A stretch of 64,000 nt of DNA from an uncultured Nitrospiraceae bacterium (GCA_963705105.1 CAVPIW010000006.1:832001-896000), one strand, 5' to 3'; shown: positions 48,408 through 58,986, counted from the first letter of the stretch. Translations and numbers: made by a program. The notes: generated by a model from the letters alone, not told the origin.

Positions 48408-49565
48408 TCAGAGGGAAAGCCTGCCGGTCTGGCTGAGCACGAAGGTCCGTATGTCCTGCGGGCGGTGCTGATCGATGAGGAATGTCCCGTTGTCGACAAC
48501 GGGGACAAGGATGTCTTCCGGCGTCCCCCCGCATTCGCAGGCGGCATCCTTAACGGTGAACGGAACGATTTTCCCTTTCAGGCAGGCGGGACAGCGGAGG
48601 ACCCGCTTTCTGCCGGACCACTTCCCTCTCTTTGCGACGGGCCTGTCATCCACATCCATGATGTCCATGGCGTAATCGACGACGGGCGCACTGCTGATGG
48701 ACGTGCCGATGCCGTAGCCGTCGACGAGGGGATTGAGCACAGGGACGTCCTCTTCCTTGATACCTCCGCTCGCGTAGAATTTCACATGACCGAAGCCGCG
48801 CATGTCGAGCTCCCAGCGGCATTCCTCGAGGATACGGAAAAAGTTCCCCCGCCGCGATCCCGGCGTATCGAACCTGACCGCGTAGAGGCGCTCCCCGAGT
48901 GCCTCTGCGACGTTGAGGACCTCGAATTTCTCGTCGAGGAAGGTGTCGATGAGGGCGACGCGCCGCAGCTTTGGGTCAAGCACCTCGTCATAGGCCCGGA
49001 TGGCCTCGACGGTCGATCCGATGCAGATGATAAGCGCGTGGGGCATGGTACCCATGGGGTCCTCGCCGATGACCTCTCCCGATTTGACGACGGACACGCC
49101 GTCGCAGCCGCCGATGTAGGCGTTCCTCTCGATCATCGGGGCCAGGAGCGGGTGCATCCGCCGGGTGCCGAAGCTGATCACCGGCCTCTCGCCGGCGAGT
49201 TTCTTGAACCGGGCAGCCTTCGTCGCTACGCCCGAGGCCTGGCAGATGAGCCCCAGAAGCGCCGTCTCGTAGACGCAGAAGTCCTGGTATCTCCCTTCGA
49301 TCTCCATGACCGGCTCATAGGGATAAAAGACGGTCCCTTCACGCAGCGCCCTCACCCGGACGGGAAGCTTCTCCAGCACGTAGAGGGCCTCGTCGATCCC
49401 GGCGAAAACAGCCCAGGGCCAGTTGCCGGGAAGACTCTTCGCGATGAACTCGGCCCTCACAAAGGGGTTGATCCCCTTTGCCGTGAGGATCTTCATGGTG
49501 CGGTCGAAATAGACATCGGTGATCCTGCCGTTCAGAACGTCATCGGGGCTCGCGGTGTGAAACAT
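48408..49565 (-). CDS. pncB: Nicotinate phosphoribosyltransferase
   Basis: TDVYF, FGTRRMH, GTMPHA, RFDTPGSRRG, ASGG. Confidence 0.88.
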   Translation of the reverse strand: MFHTASPDDVLNGRITDVYFDRTMKILTAKGINPFVRAEFIAKSLPGNWPWAVFAGIDEALYVLEKLPVRVRALREGTVFYPYEPVMEIEGRYQDFCVYETALLGLICQASGVATKAARFKKLAGERPVISFGTRRMHPLLAPMIERNAYIGGCDGVSVVKSGEVIGEDPMGTMPHALIICIGSTVEAIRAYDEVLDPKLRRVALIDTFLDEKFEVLNVAEALGERLYAVRFDTPGSRRGNFFRILEECRWELDMRGFGHVKFYASGGIKEEDVPVLNPLVDGYGIGTSISSAPVVDYAMDIMDVDDRPVAKRGKWSGRKRVLRCPACLKGKIVPFTVKDAACECGGTPEDILVPVVDNGTFLIDQHRPQDIRTFVLSQTGRLSL

Positions 49566-49745
49566 GGCCGTCTCCTTTCAGGTGCTCCGTTCATTGCATT
49601 TTGCCGGACCCTCTTATCATAATAAAAAGTATATCACAGGGAAACAACTTGAAGATTCAGCGGAAAAAGACAATGAACGGACTGAACTCCCTTTCGCCAA
49701 AGTGCGCAGGGGATTGGGCAGCGGCCTGATGACCGCCAAAATACG

Positions 49746-50999
49746 GTGATGGACCTCTTCCCCGACGAACAGGCGCCCGCGGCCGTTCCCGCCAACGCCC
49801 CCCTCCCCTTCCGCTTCTGCCCGCGGACACTCGGTGAATACCGGGGTCAGCGCCACATACTCGCCGAGGGAAAGCTCCTGAGACGCGCCATCGAGGCTGA
49901 CAGGATCACGTCGCTCATCCTCTACGGTCCGCCAGGCACGGGGAAGACAGCTCTTGCCCGGATCATCGCCGCCAGGACACAATCCCGTTTCGAGTGGCTC
50001 AACGCCGCCACGGCGGGGCTGGACGACCTCAGGAAGGTGATCCAGGGGGCGAGGACGAGGAGGAAGCAGGGGGTGAGGACGATTCTCTTTCTCGACGAGA
50101 TCCACCGTTTCAACAAGCTCCAGCAGGACGCGCTCCTGCCCGATGTGGAAGAGGGCAACGTCACCCTTATCGCGGCGACCGTCGAAAACCCCTTCTTCAC
50201 CGTCAACGCAGCCCTCCTTTCACGGAGCCATGTTTTTGAGTTGAAGCCGCTGGATGAGCAGGACATCCTGGCGGTCCTCCGGGACGCCCTGGCGGACCGG
50301 GAGCGGGGACTGGGTCATCTTCCCGTCGAAGCGACGGACGAGGCGTTGAGACATATGGCAGTGAAGGCCGACGGGGACGCGAGGAAGGCCCTCTCGGCGC
50401 TCGAGGTGGCGGCGCTCACGACGCCTCCCGGCGGAGACGGAAAAATCGTGATTACCGTGGAAATCGCTGCGGAGTCGATCCAGAAAAAGGTCATCGTCTA
50501 TGACCGGAAGGGAGACCAGCACTACGACACGATTTCCGCATTCATCAAAAGCATGCGGGGGTCCGATCCCGATGCCGCCGTCTATTACCTGGCGAAGATG
50601 CTGTACGCCGGCGAAGACCCTCGTTTCATCGCCCGGCGGATCGTCATCTGCGCGTCCGAGGACGTGGGAAACGCCGACCCCATGGCGCTCGTCGTCGCAA
50701 CGTCGGCGTTACGGGCAGTGGAATTCATCGGCATGCCCGAGGCGCGCATCCCCCTTGCGCAGGCCACGATCTACATTGCAGTGGCGCCCAAGAGCAATGC
50801 CTGCTACCGCGCCATCGAGGCTGCCACGGAAGATGTTGAAACGGAGCAGACTATGGAAGTGCCTGATCACCTCAAGGACAGCCACTACCCGGGTGCAAAG
50901 AAGCTCGGCCACGGGAAGGGCTACAAGTATCCCCACGATTTCGGCGGCCATGTCGAACAGGAATACCTGCCGGCGAAGAAGAAGTACTATACGCCCTGA
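49746..50999 (+). CDS. rarA: Replication-associated recombination protein A (AAA+)
   Basis: GPPGTGKT, DEIHRFNK, SAFIKSMRGSDPDAA, ASEDVGNADP. Confidence 0.95.
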   Translation: MMDLFPDEQAPAAVPANAPLPFRFCPRTLGEYRGQRHILAEGKLLRRAIEADRITSLILYGPPGTGKTALARIIAARTQSRFEWLNAATAGLDDLRKVIQGARTRRKQGVRTILFLDEIHRFNKLQQDALLPDVEEGNVTLIAATVENPFFTVNAALLSRSHVFELKPLDEQDILAVLRDALADRERGLGHLPVEATDEALRHMAVKADGDARKALSALEVAALTTPPGGDGKIVITVEIAAESIQKKVIVYDRKGDQHYDTISAFIKSMRGSDPDAAVYYLAKMLYAGEDPRFIARRIVICASEDVGNADPMALVVATSALRAVEFIGMPEARIPLAQATIYIAVAPKSNACYRAIEAATEDVETEQTMEVPDHLKDSHYPGAKKLGHGKGYKYPHDFGGHVEQEYLPAKKKYYTP

Positions 51000-51025
51000 A
51001 AAACTGACGACAGTCCCAAGTCTAT

Positions 51026-51976
51026 TCAGACATGGTTTCGCAGCATGAGCTCGAGGGGATGGGGGTTCAGGTAATACTGCCGTTTGAGGTAGGGTTCGTC
51101 GTACTTCCGCACGTAGTGCTTGAGGAGTGTCACAGGGACGATGAGGGGCACCAGGCCCTTTGCATATGTGTCGAGCACCCCGAGGATCTCCTGCTTCTCG
51201 TCGGCCGTGAGGTTTTCCTTGAAATAGCCCACCATGTGCTGAAGCACGTTCGCATGCTTCTTCACCGTCGCCCTCATCCGGAGCCCTTCCATAAGGAGTT
51301 CCACGTATGCACTGTTCAGATCATGCGTTTTATATTGTTTTGACGCGGCCACGAGCCGTCCGAGGGCTGTGTAGTGCTTCGGACTGTGCGAGAGGATAAG
51401 GAGTTTGTGCTCCGTGTGAAAGGTGACGAGATCCCTGATTTTCCCGCCTGACCGCAGGTACTCCTGCCATCTCCTGAAAATAAAGATGCGCTCGATGAAG
51501 TTCTCCCGCAGGACGGGATCGTGCAGTCTGCCCTCATCCTCAACGGGCAGGAGGGGATAGCGATCGATGAACATCTTCGCGAAGAGGCCGACACCTTTAT
51601 TGCTCGGCATGCCCTCGGGGGTGTAGACCTTCACGCCCTGCATGCCCGAACTGGGCGACCGGCTTTTGAAGACGAAACCGCAGAGGTGCTCGTCGCCCAA
51701 CGCCTCGACCCTCGCTGCCGCCCACCGGACCATGCGCTCCGTCTGATCGATGCCGGAGTGCGTCGTCACGAGGCGCGGGTTGTCAGGGTCTCCGACGAGG
51801 CGCATCGCCTCCCGTGGGATGGGAAGGCCGCATTCCACCTCGGGGCAGACGGGGACCCACTCGACATACCGTCCGAGGGTGTCCGTCAGAAAGCGGTCGT
51901 GCTTGTGCTGGCCGTCGTAGCGGACCTTGTTACCGAGGAGGCAGGAGCTGATGCCGAGCCTTATTATTTCATCCAT
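51026..51976 (-). CDS. DUF523 (2-thiouracil desulfurase-like) + DUF1722 (YbgA) protein
   Basis: GISSCLLG..VRYDG, VCPEVECGL, SPSSG, YLNPHPLEL. Confidence 0.88.
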   Translation of the reverse strand: MDEIIRLGISSCLLGNKVRYDGQHKHDRFLTDTLGRYVEWVPVCPEVECGLPIPREAMRLVGDPDNPRLVTTHSGIDQTERMVRWAAARVEALGDEHLCGFVFKSRSPSSGMQGVKVYTPEGMPSNKGVGLFAKMFIDRYPLLPVEDEGRLHDPVLRENFIERIFIFRRWQEYLRSGGKIRDLVTFHTEHKLLILSHSPKHYTALGRLVAASKQYKTHDLNSAYVELLMEGLRMRATVKKHANVLQHMVGYFKENLTADEKQEILGVLDTYAKGLVPLIVPVTLLKHYVRKYDEPYLKRQYYLNPHPLELMLRNHV

Positions 51977-52037
51977 GTACCATTATACCCTAAATAACGG
52001 GGGTTCGTAATAATGCATCGCGCGACGGTCATCTTAA

Positions 52038-52249
52038 CCTTTCTGTTGCATGAAAAGGCGGGACAAAGTGCCTCAAAGCCTTGCTGATAGCGAGCATGAT
52101 CATTTGAAATGGGACATTCGGGATCTCATCTTTTATGCGATCAACCATACGCTTGAAATAATCCGTATGGGACGGCATAGGTTTCTCAGCACCAAGGCTT
52201 TTCGGCATCTTCGCCCCGCCTTTCCGGACGTCCTATTGCAACGATAAGG
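52038..52249 (-). repeat. Family 1 element (arm LC variant)
   Basis: Both terminal IRs present; interior related to 28037-28302 without the REPs. Confidence 0.85.
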
Positions 52250-52279
52250 TTAACAGAGCACCATTTACTTGGCACCCCG

Positions 52280-52609
52280 CTAATCAGGAATATCCAAGGC
52301 AATCCGCAGAGCCCTGTTCAGGGCTTCCATCTTTTTGGGTGAAAGGGTTCCGATGAAATTGGTTAAGGCAGTTTTTTGGAGACTGATCAATTCATCGCAA
52401 TGTATGCTGCTCTCATGCTTCAAGCCCTCATCAAGCCCTACGGGCACTTGGGTGGCCAATCCGTCATAGGCCGTGAAGATGGGGGCACAGATGACCGTTG
52501 AAAATCGCGAGTCGATTAAGATCTGCCGGCTGACGATGACGAAGACCCGGAACTTCTTCGGGTCGAGTGCTGACGGATGCGCGACCCGATACAGTTCGCC
52601 GCGTTTCAC
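52280..52609 (-). CDS. mazF: MazF/PemK toxin
   Basis: [26 protein letters not shown]. Confidence 0.88.
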   Translation of the reverse strand: MKRGELYRVAHPSALDPKKFRVFVIVSRQILIDSRFSTVICAPIFTAYDGLATQVPVGLDEGLKHESSIHCDELISLQKTALTNFIGTLSPKKMEALNRALRIALDIPD

Positions 52610-52839
52610 AACTGCACCTGGTACTCCAGCACATCCAATGCCTCTTTATTGAGAATGTCCGCCCGCCGGTTGATAATCTCAAGGTCTCTGGCATTCTGCT
52701 CATCACGGATCAGTTGCCCGATAAACGCCCAGACCGCCGCCTCGATGAAATCGGACCGATTCTTCTTGAACTGCCTGGCTCGTTTATCGATGACTTTCAG
52801 GAGTTCTTCAGACAGTGTGATAGATGTCTTTACTTTCAT
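52606..52839 (-). CDS. Ribbon-helix-helix antitoxin
   Basis: [13 protein letters not shown]...NRSDFIEAA; overlaps the toxin start. Confidence 0.85.
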   Translation of the reverse strand: MKVKTSITLSEELLKVIDKRARQFKKNRSDFIEAAVWAFIGQLIRDEQNARDLEIINRRADILNKEALDVLEYQVQL

Positions 52840-52951
52840 ACTACTAATATACTTCTGAGATGGGGGTTGCCGTCAAGCCCGCAGCTTTCCCGCATCCTCT
52901 CCGTCATTGTCCAATGCCCTGAGTTGAGCGGTCATGTAAAGGCAGGGTAAA

Positions 52952-53151
52952 CCTTATCGTTGCAATACACTCCACGAAAGTCGGGGTGTATGCTCCGAAA
53001 AACTTGCTGCGGCGACACCTATATCACAACGAAAGGCGAACTTTACGCCAATGTCAGGAGAATTTGACATCTCTTCCGACACTGACACTGACACTCACAC
53101 TGACACTGTCTTTCAGAGCGCTTCACCCCGACTTTTTATGCAACTATAGGG
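52952..53151 (+). repeat. Family 1 element (arms LA+RB), first of a tandem pair
   Basis: Near-identical to 13778-13977. Confidence 0.92.
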
Positions 53152-53160
53152 TAAACTAAA

Positions 53161-53368
53161 CCTTATCGTTGCAATACACTTCCGGGAAAGGCGGGGCGTA
53201 TGCGCCGAAAACCTTGCTGCGGCGACACCTGTATCAAAACGAGAGATGAACTATACGCCAATGGTCGATGACACAAAGAGTGGAATCCTGAAACACGAAG
53301 CTGACGAGGCGTATCGTCGCCTTCAGCAAGGCTTTGAGGCGTTTCGCCCCGCCTTTTCATGCAACAGA
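53161..53368 (+). repeat. Family 1 element (arms LA+RA), second of a tandem pair
   Basis: Near-identical to 2125-2335. Confidence 0.92.
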
Positions 53369-53409
53369 AAGATAAAATCATAGGATATCAACCAAGGAGA
53401 GGACCCTTT

Positions 53410-54201
53410 ATGGATGAAAAGAGAATCGGTTTGATAAATCTTGTGCGGAGGGATTACGGGGAGATCGCGAAGGGTAGCGGAGGATGCATGCCGTCAAGCT
53501 GCTGCGGGACTGACGCAACGATGCCCAGCCTGCTTGAAACGGGCAGACTCCTCGGGTACAGCGAGGAAGACCTGCGCGTCGGCCTCGGCGAGGCGAACCT
53601 GGGGCTCGGCTGCGGCAACCCCCGGGCCGTTGCGGAGTTGAAGGAAGGGGAGGTCGTGCTCGACCTCGGAAGCGGCGCCGGTTTCGACGCCTTTCTTGCG
53701 GCGATGAAGGTCGGTCCGGAGGGAAAGGTCATCGGCGTGGACATGACACCCGAGATGGTGGCCAGGGCGCGGCAGAACGCCATCGCCCTGCAGACGCGAA
53801 ACGTCGAATTCCGGCTGGGCGAGATCGAGCACCTGCCCGTTGCGGACGCATCCGTCGATGTGATCATATCGAACTGCGTGATCAACCTCTCCACGGACAA
53901 GCAGGCCGTTTTCCACGATTGTTTCCGCGTGCTCAGACGGGGCGGCAGGATCGCCATCTCGGACATACTCAGGTGTGGCGACGTGCCCGCGGAGGTCAGG
54001 GACAACCCCTCGGCTTACAGCGGTTGAATCACCGGCGCGGTCCCGGTCGGGACAATGAAACAGATCCTGGAAAATGCGGGCTTCACGGACATCCGTTTCA
54101 TCGACAAGGAAAACAGCGAAGAGATCATCAGGGGCTGGAACATCGCACAGGGAGCCGAGAAGGCCGTCGTGTCGACCTATATCAAAGCGTCGAAACCCTG
54201 A
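53410..54201 (+). CDS. arsM: Arsenite methyltransferase, selenoprotein form (Sec at TGA 54025-54027)
   Basis: LGLGCGNP, DLGSGAGFD, SNCVINLS; read-through gives AYSG-U-ITGAVP...LENAGFTDI...IKASKP. Confidence 0.9.
54040..54053 (+). promoter_or_regulatory. Candidate bacterial SECIS hairpin
   Basis: GTCCC-GGTC-GGGAC, G-initiated loop 18 nt after the UGA. Confidence 0.6.
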
Positions 54202-54221
54202 AGCTGCAGGGCGCCTCGGCA

Positions 54222-55472
54222 ATGGAAAGAATCCTCCTCATCAATCCGAACCAATACAGGCACCCCCCCGTCATTCCCATCGGGCTGGAGTATCTCTCCC
54301 ATGCCCTGAAGCAGAGCGGATTCGAAGTCGATGTGCTTGATCTCACCTTTAAGAACGATGTTTTCCCCGTCATCGGGCAGAGCATCGCCGCCTTGAATCC
54401 TGACTGTGTCGGCGTCACGGTGCGCAATATCGACTCGGCCCTTTACAAGAACAGCGAATTCTTTTTGCCCTTCATCCGTGACATCATCAGTCATGTCAGG
54501 ACACTGACTGATGCGCCTGTCATCGCCGGTGGGGCCGCCTTTGTCGCCGATCCTTACGGCATCGTGGATTTCATCGGCGCCGATCTCGCCATCTCGGGTC
54601 CTGCGGAGAAGACGATGCCGCTCCTGCTCAGAAACAATCTGGACCTGATCGGTACTGCCAGGGTCGTGCGGGGGGCATTGCCCGACAGCGCCTGCCCGGA
54701 GAGGATGCGGACCGTCTCCTACGGGCCGTACATCGAAAACGGCGGCATCGCCGGGTTCGAGACCCACAAGGGCTGCACGACCCACTGCGCCTATTGCATC
54801 GAAGCGGGCACACCGGTGCGGTTCAGGGACCCCCGCGACATTACCCGTGAAATCAGGCAGCTCGTCGAGGGCGGCTATGACCACTTCCATCTCTGCGATA
54901 CCGAATTCAACGAAGACCTCGATTTCTCCGTTGCCGTCCTCGACAGCATCGTCAGGGAGAAGCTCCCCTTCCGCTGGGCACTGTACATGAAGCCGGGGAA
55001 TTTCAACAAGAGGCTTTTTTCCCTCCTCGCCGAATCGGGCGCCTACCTTGTTACCCTCACTGTCGACACCTTCCAGAAGTGCCCCGAGTATTGGGAGTGG
55101 GTCGAAAAGATGGTCTTCCTCGGCAGGAGGGCCGGCATCCGGATCTGCATCGACCTGCTGACGGGGTTCCCTTACGAGGGGGAGGATGTCCTGACGGAAA
55201 CCTTCGACTTCTTCCGGCGCGTCGATCCCCATGAGGTGGTGGTGAATACGCACATACGCCTCTATGCGAACACGAGGATCACCACGCTCGTGAGGAGGGA
55301 TGACAGCCTCCGGAAACACCTGCGCGGGTCGACGGATATTGACAGGGGGTTGATCGAACCCGTCTTTTACGGGCATGTCGATGAAGAGAGGCTGAAGGAG
55401 CTGTTGGCAGGGGACCCTCTCTTCAGGATCGCCGGGGAGGAACAGGTGGTGAATTATCAGACGGCAGGTTGA
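54222..55472 (+). CDS. B12-binding-domain radical SAM protein
   Basis: N-terminal PIGLEYL...VGVTVRNID; CTTHCAYC; DTEFN. Confidence 0.88.
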   Translation: MERILLINPNQYRHPPVIPIGLEYLSHALKQSGFEVDVLDLTFKNDVFPVIGQSIAALNPDCVGVTVRNIDSALYKNSEFFLPFIRDIISHVRTLTDAPVIAGGAAFVADPYGIVDFIGADLAISGPAEKTMPLLLRNNLDLIGTARVVRGALPDSACPERMRTVSYGPYIENGGIAGFETHKGCTTHCAYCIEAGTPVRFRDPRDITREIRQLVEGGYDHFHLCDTEFNEDLDFSVAVLDSIVREKLPFRWALYMKPGNFNKRLFSLLAESGAYLVTLTVDTFQKCPEYWEWVEKMVFLGRRAGIRICIDLLTGFPYEGEDVLTETFDFFRRVDPHEVVVNTHIRLYANTRITTLVRRDDSLRKHLRGSTDIDRGLIEPVFYGHVDEERLKELLAGDPLFRIAGEEQVVNYQTAG

Positions 55473-55489
55473 GAATACAGTCTGACCAT

Positions 55490-55680
55490 CATAGGCCCTG
55501 CGGGCGGGCGGGGCGAGGCGCCGATAAGCCCCGGTGCTGCGAAACCTTTGCCTTCCCGTTCAGAGATCTACTCAAGCCTGCGATCGATGGCTCAAAGGAT
55601 GACGTCCCTATCCCCAATAATAGACGATCATGCTCGCTATCAGCGGGTCTTTGAGGCGCCTCGCCCCGCTTGCCCGTGAC
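55490..55680 (+). repeat. Family 1 element (arm LC, degenerate ends)
   Basis: GGTGCTGCGAAACCTTTGCCTTCCC shared with 28092-28116 and 60117-60141; ends CTTTGAGGCGCCTCGCCCCGC. Confidence 0.82.
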
Positions 55681-55749
55681 GTGCGTAATATGCGGATTTG
55701 TCAGGATGGATGAACGGGGAGGGACGGTTGATCGCCCTCCCCGTTTGCT

Positions 55750-56496
55750 TTATGCGACGCTCTTCGCCCGCTGCAGGATCTCGCCCTGGGTGCTGATGGT
55801 GACGTTTTCCATGGGGATGTCTTTTCCGGCCATCTCCATCCCTTTCTTGACGATGATCGGGAGGGCGGAGCAGCAGGGCACCTCCATGTCGAGGACGGTG
55901 ACGCTTCTGACATCGGCGACGCTGAAGATCTCGGCGAACTTTCTCATGTATTCCTGGGCATTGTCCAGCTTCGGGCATCCGACGAGCAGGGACCGGCCCT
56001 TGAGGAAATCCTCGTGGAAGTTCGCGTATGCGAAGGCCGTGCAGTCTGCTGCAACGAGGAGGTCGGCGCCTCTCAGGAACGGGGCTGTCGGCGGCACAAG
56101 CTTTATCTGCACCGGCCAATGGCAGAGGGCTGATGCGCTCCTCTCCGTGGAGACGGGACGGTTCGCATCTTCGCAGCGTACCGTGAAGGTCTGGAGCCTT
56201 GCCGACGGGCAGAGGGGGACTGCGATTTCAGCCGCTTTTTCAGCCTTTTCCTTCTCCTGCAGGTAATGCTCGACCGCTTCGGGATCGAAATCCTCCGCAT
56301 CCCGCTCGATGACGCGGAGCGCGTTCTGCGGGCATTCGCCGAGACAGGCCCCGAGCCCGTCACAGTAAATCTCCGAGACCAGTTTCGCCTTCCCGTCGAC
56401 GATCTGGATCGCCCCCTCGGCGCAGGATGGGACGCACTGTCCGCAGCCGTCACAGAGATGCTCGTCTATTTCTATGATTTTTCTTCTCACTTTCAT
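55750..56496 (-). CDS. 4Fe-4S ferredoxin-domain protein
   Basis: CDGCGQCVPSCAEG, CDGLGACLGECP, WPVQIKLV, GCPKLD, MEVPCC. Confidence 0.88.
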   Translation of the reverse strand: MKVRRKIIEIDEHLCDGCGQCVPSCAEGAIQIVDGKAKLVSEIYCDGLGACLGECPQNALRVIERDAEDFDPEAVEHYLQEKEKAEKAAEIAVPLCPSARLQTFTVRCEDANRPVSTERSASALCHWPVQIKLVPPTAPFLRGADLLVAADCTAFAYANFHEDFLKGRSLLVGCPKLDNAQEYMRKFAEIFSVADVRSVTVLDMEVPCCSALPIIVKKGMEMAGKDIPMENVTISTQGEILQRAKSVA

Positions 56497-56530
56497 GGTT
56501 GTCCTCCTCTGTTTCTTATCCTGAACCGTT

Positions 56531-57265
56531 TTATTGCATCAATGCCTTGCGGGCGAGTTCTTTTCCCGTTTCGGTAAATATGTTCTGCTCGATGATCCTG
56601 GCCACCTCGCTGCGGTCCAGGGGTTCCTTCTTCTGCCTCTCCTCGAGATTCGCCAGGAGATCGGCGTCACAGACGATCCTGAAGTTAAGTGTTTCTTCCT
56701 CGCCCGGGTGGTGATGACGGCTGATGATGTCACAGACCTCTTCGACCATCTCCTCCTTGGCCCCGATGATGGCGAGGATCGCCCGCGCGACAGGAGGACC
56801 TTCCTTTTCATGCAACTCCGGCTCCGAGCTGTTGTATTTCCTCTCCGCCTCGGGGATGCCGATGTCGTGGAGATAGGCAGAGGCAAGGACGACGGCAGGA
56901 TTCCCCCGTTCCTGCTTCACGATCTTCTCGGCATAGGACGCCACTTTCCCCGTGTGGTTTATGAGTTTAAAGTCGCGCCTGAAATACTTCTTCATCTCGA
57001 CGGCCACGCGGTCCTTGAGGAGATCGTCGCGCTCCGCCAGCAGTTCCGGCGGCAGGTTCCCGATGCATTGCTCCGCGTACTTGCAATAGGCGGCGCAGCC
57101 GAAGTTCATCCGCGGGTTCACGAACTCGTGGCCGCAGTTCTTGCAGGTCTGGGTGGGCTCATCCTTGAAGAACTCGACGTTGTACTCGCACTTCGGGCAT
57201 TTCGCGTCGAAGATGTCCCGTATTTCCCAGAACCTCGTATCCTGTCCCGGACATTTGATGTTCAT
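56531..57265 (-). CDS. HD-domain phosphohydrolase with Cys-rich N-terminus
   Basis: CPKC..CKNC..CAAYCKYAEQC; LHDIG; HHH; DAD. Confidence 0.85.
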   Translation of the reverse strand: MNIKCPGQDTRFWEIRDIFDAKCPKCEYNVEFFKDEPTQTCKNCGHEFVNPRMNFGCAAYCKYAEQCIGNLPPELLAERDDLLKDRVAVEMKKYFRRDFKLINHTGKVASYAEKIVKQERGNPAVVLASAYLHDIGIPEAERKYNSSEPELHEKEGPPVARAILAIIGAKEEMVEEVCDIISRHHHPGEEETLNFRIVCDADLLANLEERQKKEPLDRSEVARIIEQNIFTETGKELARKALMQ

Positions 57266-57303
57266 TGCTGATCCTCCCTCACCCTCTCATCGTGTATAGT
57301 GCG

Positions 57304-57332
57304 GACGGGGCGGGCAGCGCGCCCGCCCCGTC
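57304..57332. terminator. Strong stem-loop after hcp (no U-tract; attenuator or mRNA stabiliser)
   Basis: GACGGGGCGGGC-AGCGC-GCCCGCCCCGTC, 12-bp stem. Confidence 0.5.
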
Positions 57333-57339
57333 ATGATCC

Positions 57340-58986
57340 TTAACCCAGAATCGCCTTGAGATCCTCGTCAGGCGTCCCAATCGGCTTGATGTCGAAGTTC
57401 TTGACGAGCACCCCGAGGACGTTCGCCGAAGTGAATGCCGGGAGCGACGGCCCGAGCCTGATGTTCTTGATGCCCAGGTACAGAAGCGTGAGCAGGATCG
57501 CGACGGCCTTCTGCTCGTACCAGGAGCAGATGATCGACAGGGGCAGGTCGTTCACGCCCACATTAAAGGCCTTCGACAGGGCCACGGCGATCTGTATCGC
57601 CGAGTAGGCATCGTTGCACTGTCCCACATCGAGGAGGCGCGGGATGCCGCCGATGTCGCCGAGCTCCTTGTCGAAGAAGCGGAACTTGCCGCAGGCCAGG
57701 GTGAGGACCATGCAGTCCTTCGGGACCTTCTCGACGAACTCGGTGTAGTAGTTCCTTCCGGGCTTCGCGCCGTCGCATCCCGCAACGAGGAAGAAGTGCC
57801 GGATATTCTTGTTCTTGACGGCCTCGATCACCTTGTCGGCGACGCCGAGGACGGTGTTCCTGCCGAAGCCGACCATCACGGACTTGCCGTTTGTATCCTC
57901 GGTGAAGCCGGGCATGGACAGGGCCTTTTCAATGACAGGGGCGAAATTCCGGTCCGGGATGTGCGTCACGCCGGGCCACCCGACGAGCCCGAGGGTAAAG
58001 ATGCGGTCCTTGTATGATTCCTGAGGCTTCTGGATGCAGTTCGTCGTCATGACGATGGGCCCGGGGAAGTTCGGGAACTCCTTATGCTGATTCTGCCATG
58101 CCGTCCCGTAGTGGCCGTAGAAGTGGGCATACTTCTTCAGTCCCGGATAGGCATGGGTCGGGAGCATCTCGCCATGGGAGTAAACGTAGATGCCCTTCCC
58201 CTCGGACTGCTTGAGGATCTCCTCCATGTCCTTCAGGTCATGGCCGGAGACGAGGATCGCCTTGCCCTTCTTTGTGCCCAGGGGTACCTTTGTGGGGACG
58301 GGATGACCGTACGTGCCCGTATTGCCCGCATCGAGGAGCTCCATCGTCCTGAAGTTGATCTCGCCGCACTTGAGCGCCATGCCCAGGGCCTCGTCCACAG
58401 TGAGGTCAGCCCTCGGCATAACTGCCATCGCCTCGTGGCAGAAGGCGTAGACCTTGTCGTCTTCCTGGCCGAGGATCTGTGCATGATCTGCGTAGGCGGC
58501 GACACCCTTGACGCCGAAGAGGAGCGTGTGCTTGAGCGACCGGATGTCGGGGTCCGTTGCCGGGTCGGCCTTGAGTCCCACGGCCTCACCCTGTTTGACC
58601 ATCCCTTCCGTCGTCGCCGCCGGTGTAAACGTCGCTGCGGCATAGGGGAAATCGACCTTGCCGCCGGCGGCCTTGACCTTCGCCTTGAGTTTTTCCCGCA
58701 GTTCGACACACTTGTTGATGAGTCCGACAAAACGGGACGGGTCGAAGTCCACGTTCGTCAGAGTGGAGAAGAGCGCCTTGAGGGTGAACACGTTCACGTC
58801 ATGATCGACGACACCCACCTTCCTCCCCTCGACGGCAAACAGGGAAAGACCCTCGACGGCATGGACGAGCAGATCCTGGAGGGCCGCCACATCGGGCTGC
58901 TTCCCGCACACACCGATCTGGGTGCATCCCTCCCCCTTCGCCGTCTGCTCACACTGATAACAAAACATCTTCTCTTCCTGAGCCAT
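57340..58986 (-). CDS. hcp: Hybrid cluster protein (hydroxylamine/NO reductase)
   Basis: MFCYQCEQT..GC..GVCGK, SGHDL, HGEMLP, GCDG, GQCND, WYEQKA. Confidence 0.96.
   Translation of the reverse strand: MAQEEKMFCYQCEQTAKGEGCTQIGVCGKQPDVAALQDLLVHAVEGLSLFAVEGRKVGVVDHDVNVFTLKALFSTLTNVDFDPSRFVGLINKCVELREKLKAKVKAAGGKVDFPYAAATFTPAATTEGMVKQGEAVGLKADPATDPDIRSLKHTLLFGVKGVAAYADHAQILGQEDDKVYAFCHEAMAVMPRADLTVDEALGMALKCGEINFRTMELLDAGNTGTYGHPVPTKVPLGTKKGKAILVSGHDLKDMEEILKQSEGKGIYVYSHGEMLPTHAYPGLKKYAHFYGHYGTAWQNQHKEFPNFPGPIVMTTNCIQKPQESYKDRIFTLGLVGWPGVTHIPDRNFAPVIEKALSMPGFTEDTNGKSVMVGFGRNTVLGVADKVIEAVKNKNIRHFFLVAGCDGAKPGRNYYTEFVEKVPKDCMVLTLACGKFRFFDKELGDIGGIPRLLDVGQCNDAYSAIQIAVALSKAFNVGVNDLPLSIICSWYEQKAVAILLTLLYLGIKNIRLGPSLPAFTSANVLGVLVKNFDIKPIGTPDEDLKAILG

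Noticed and set aside
52952..53368. Tandem repeats as a CRISPR array
   Set aside because: Units are ~200 bp with no repeat-spacer periodicity, and there are no cas genes.
53919..54221. N-terminal extension of the radical SAM ORF
   Set aside because: It overlaps the read-through C-terminus of arsM; the domain begins at MERILLINP (54222).
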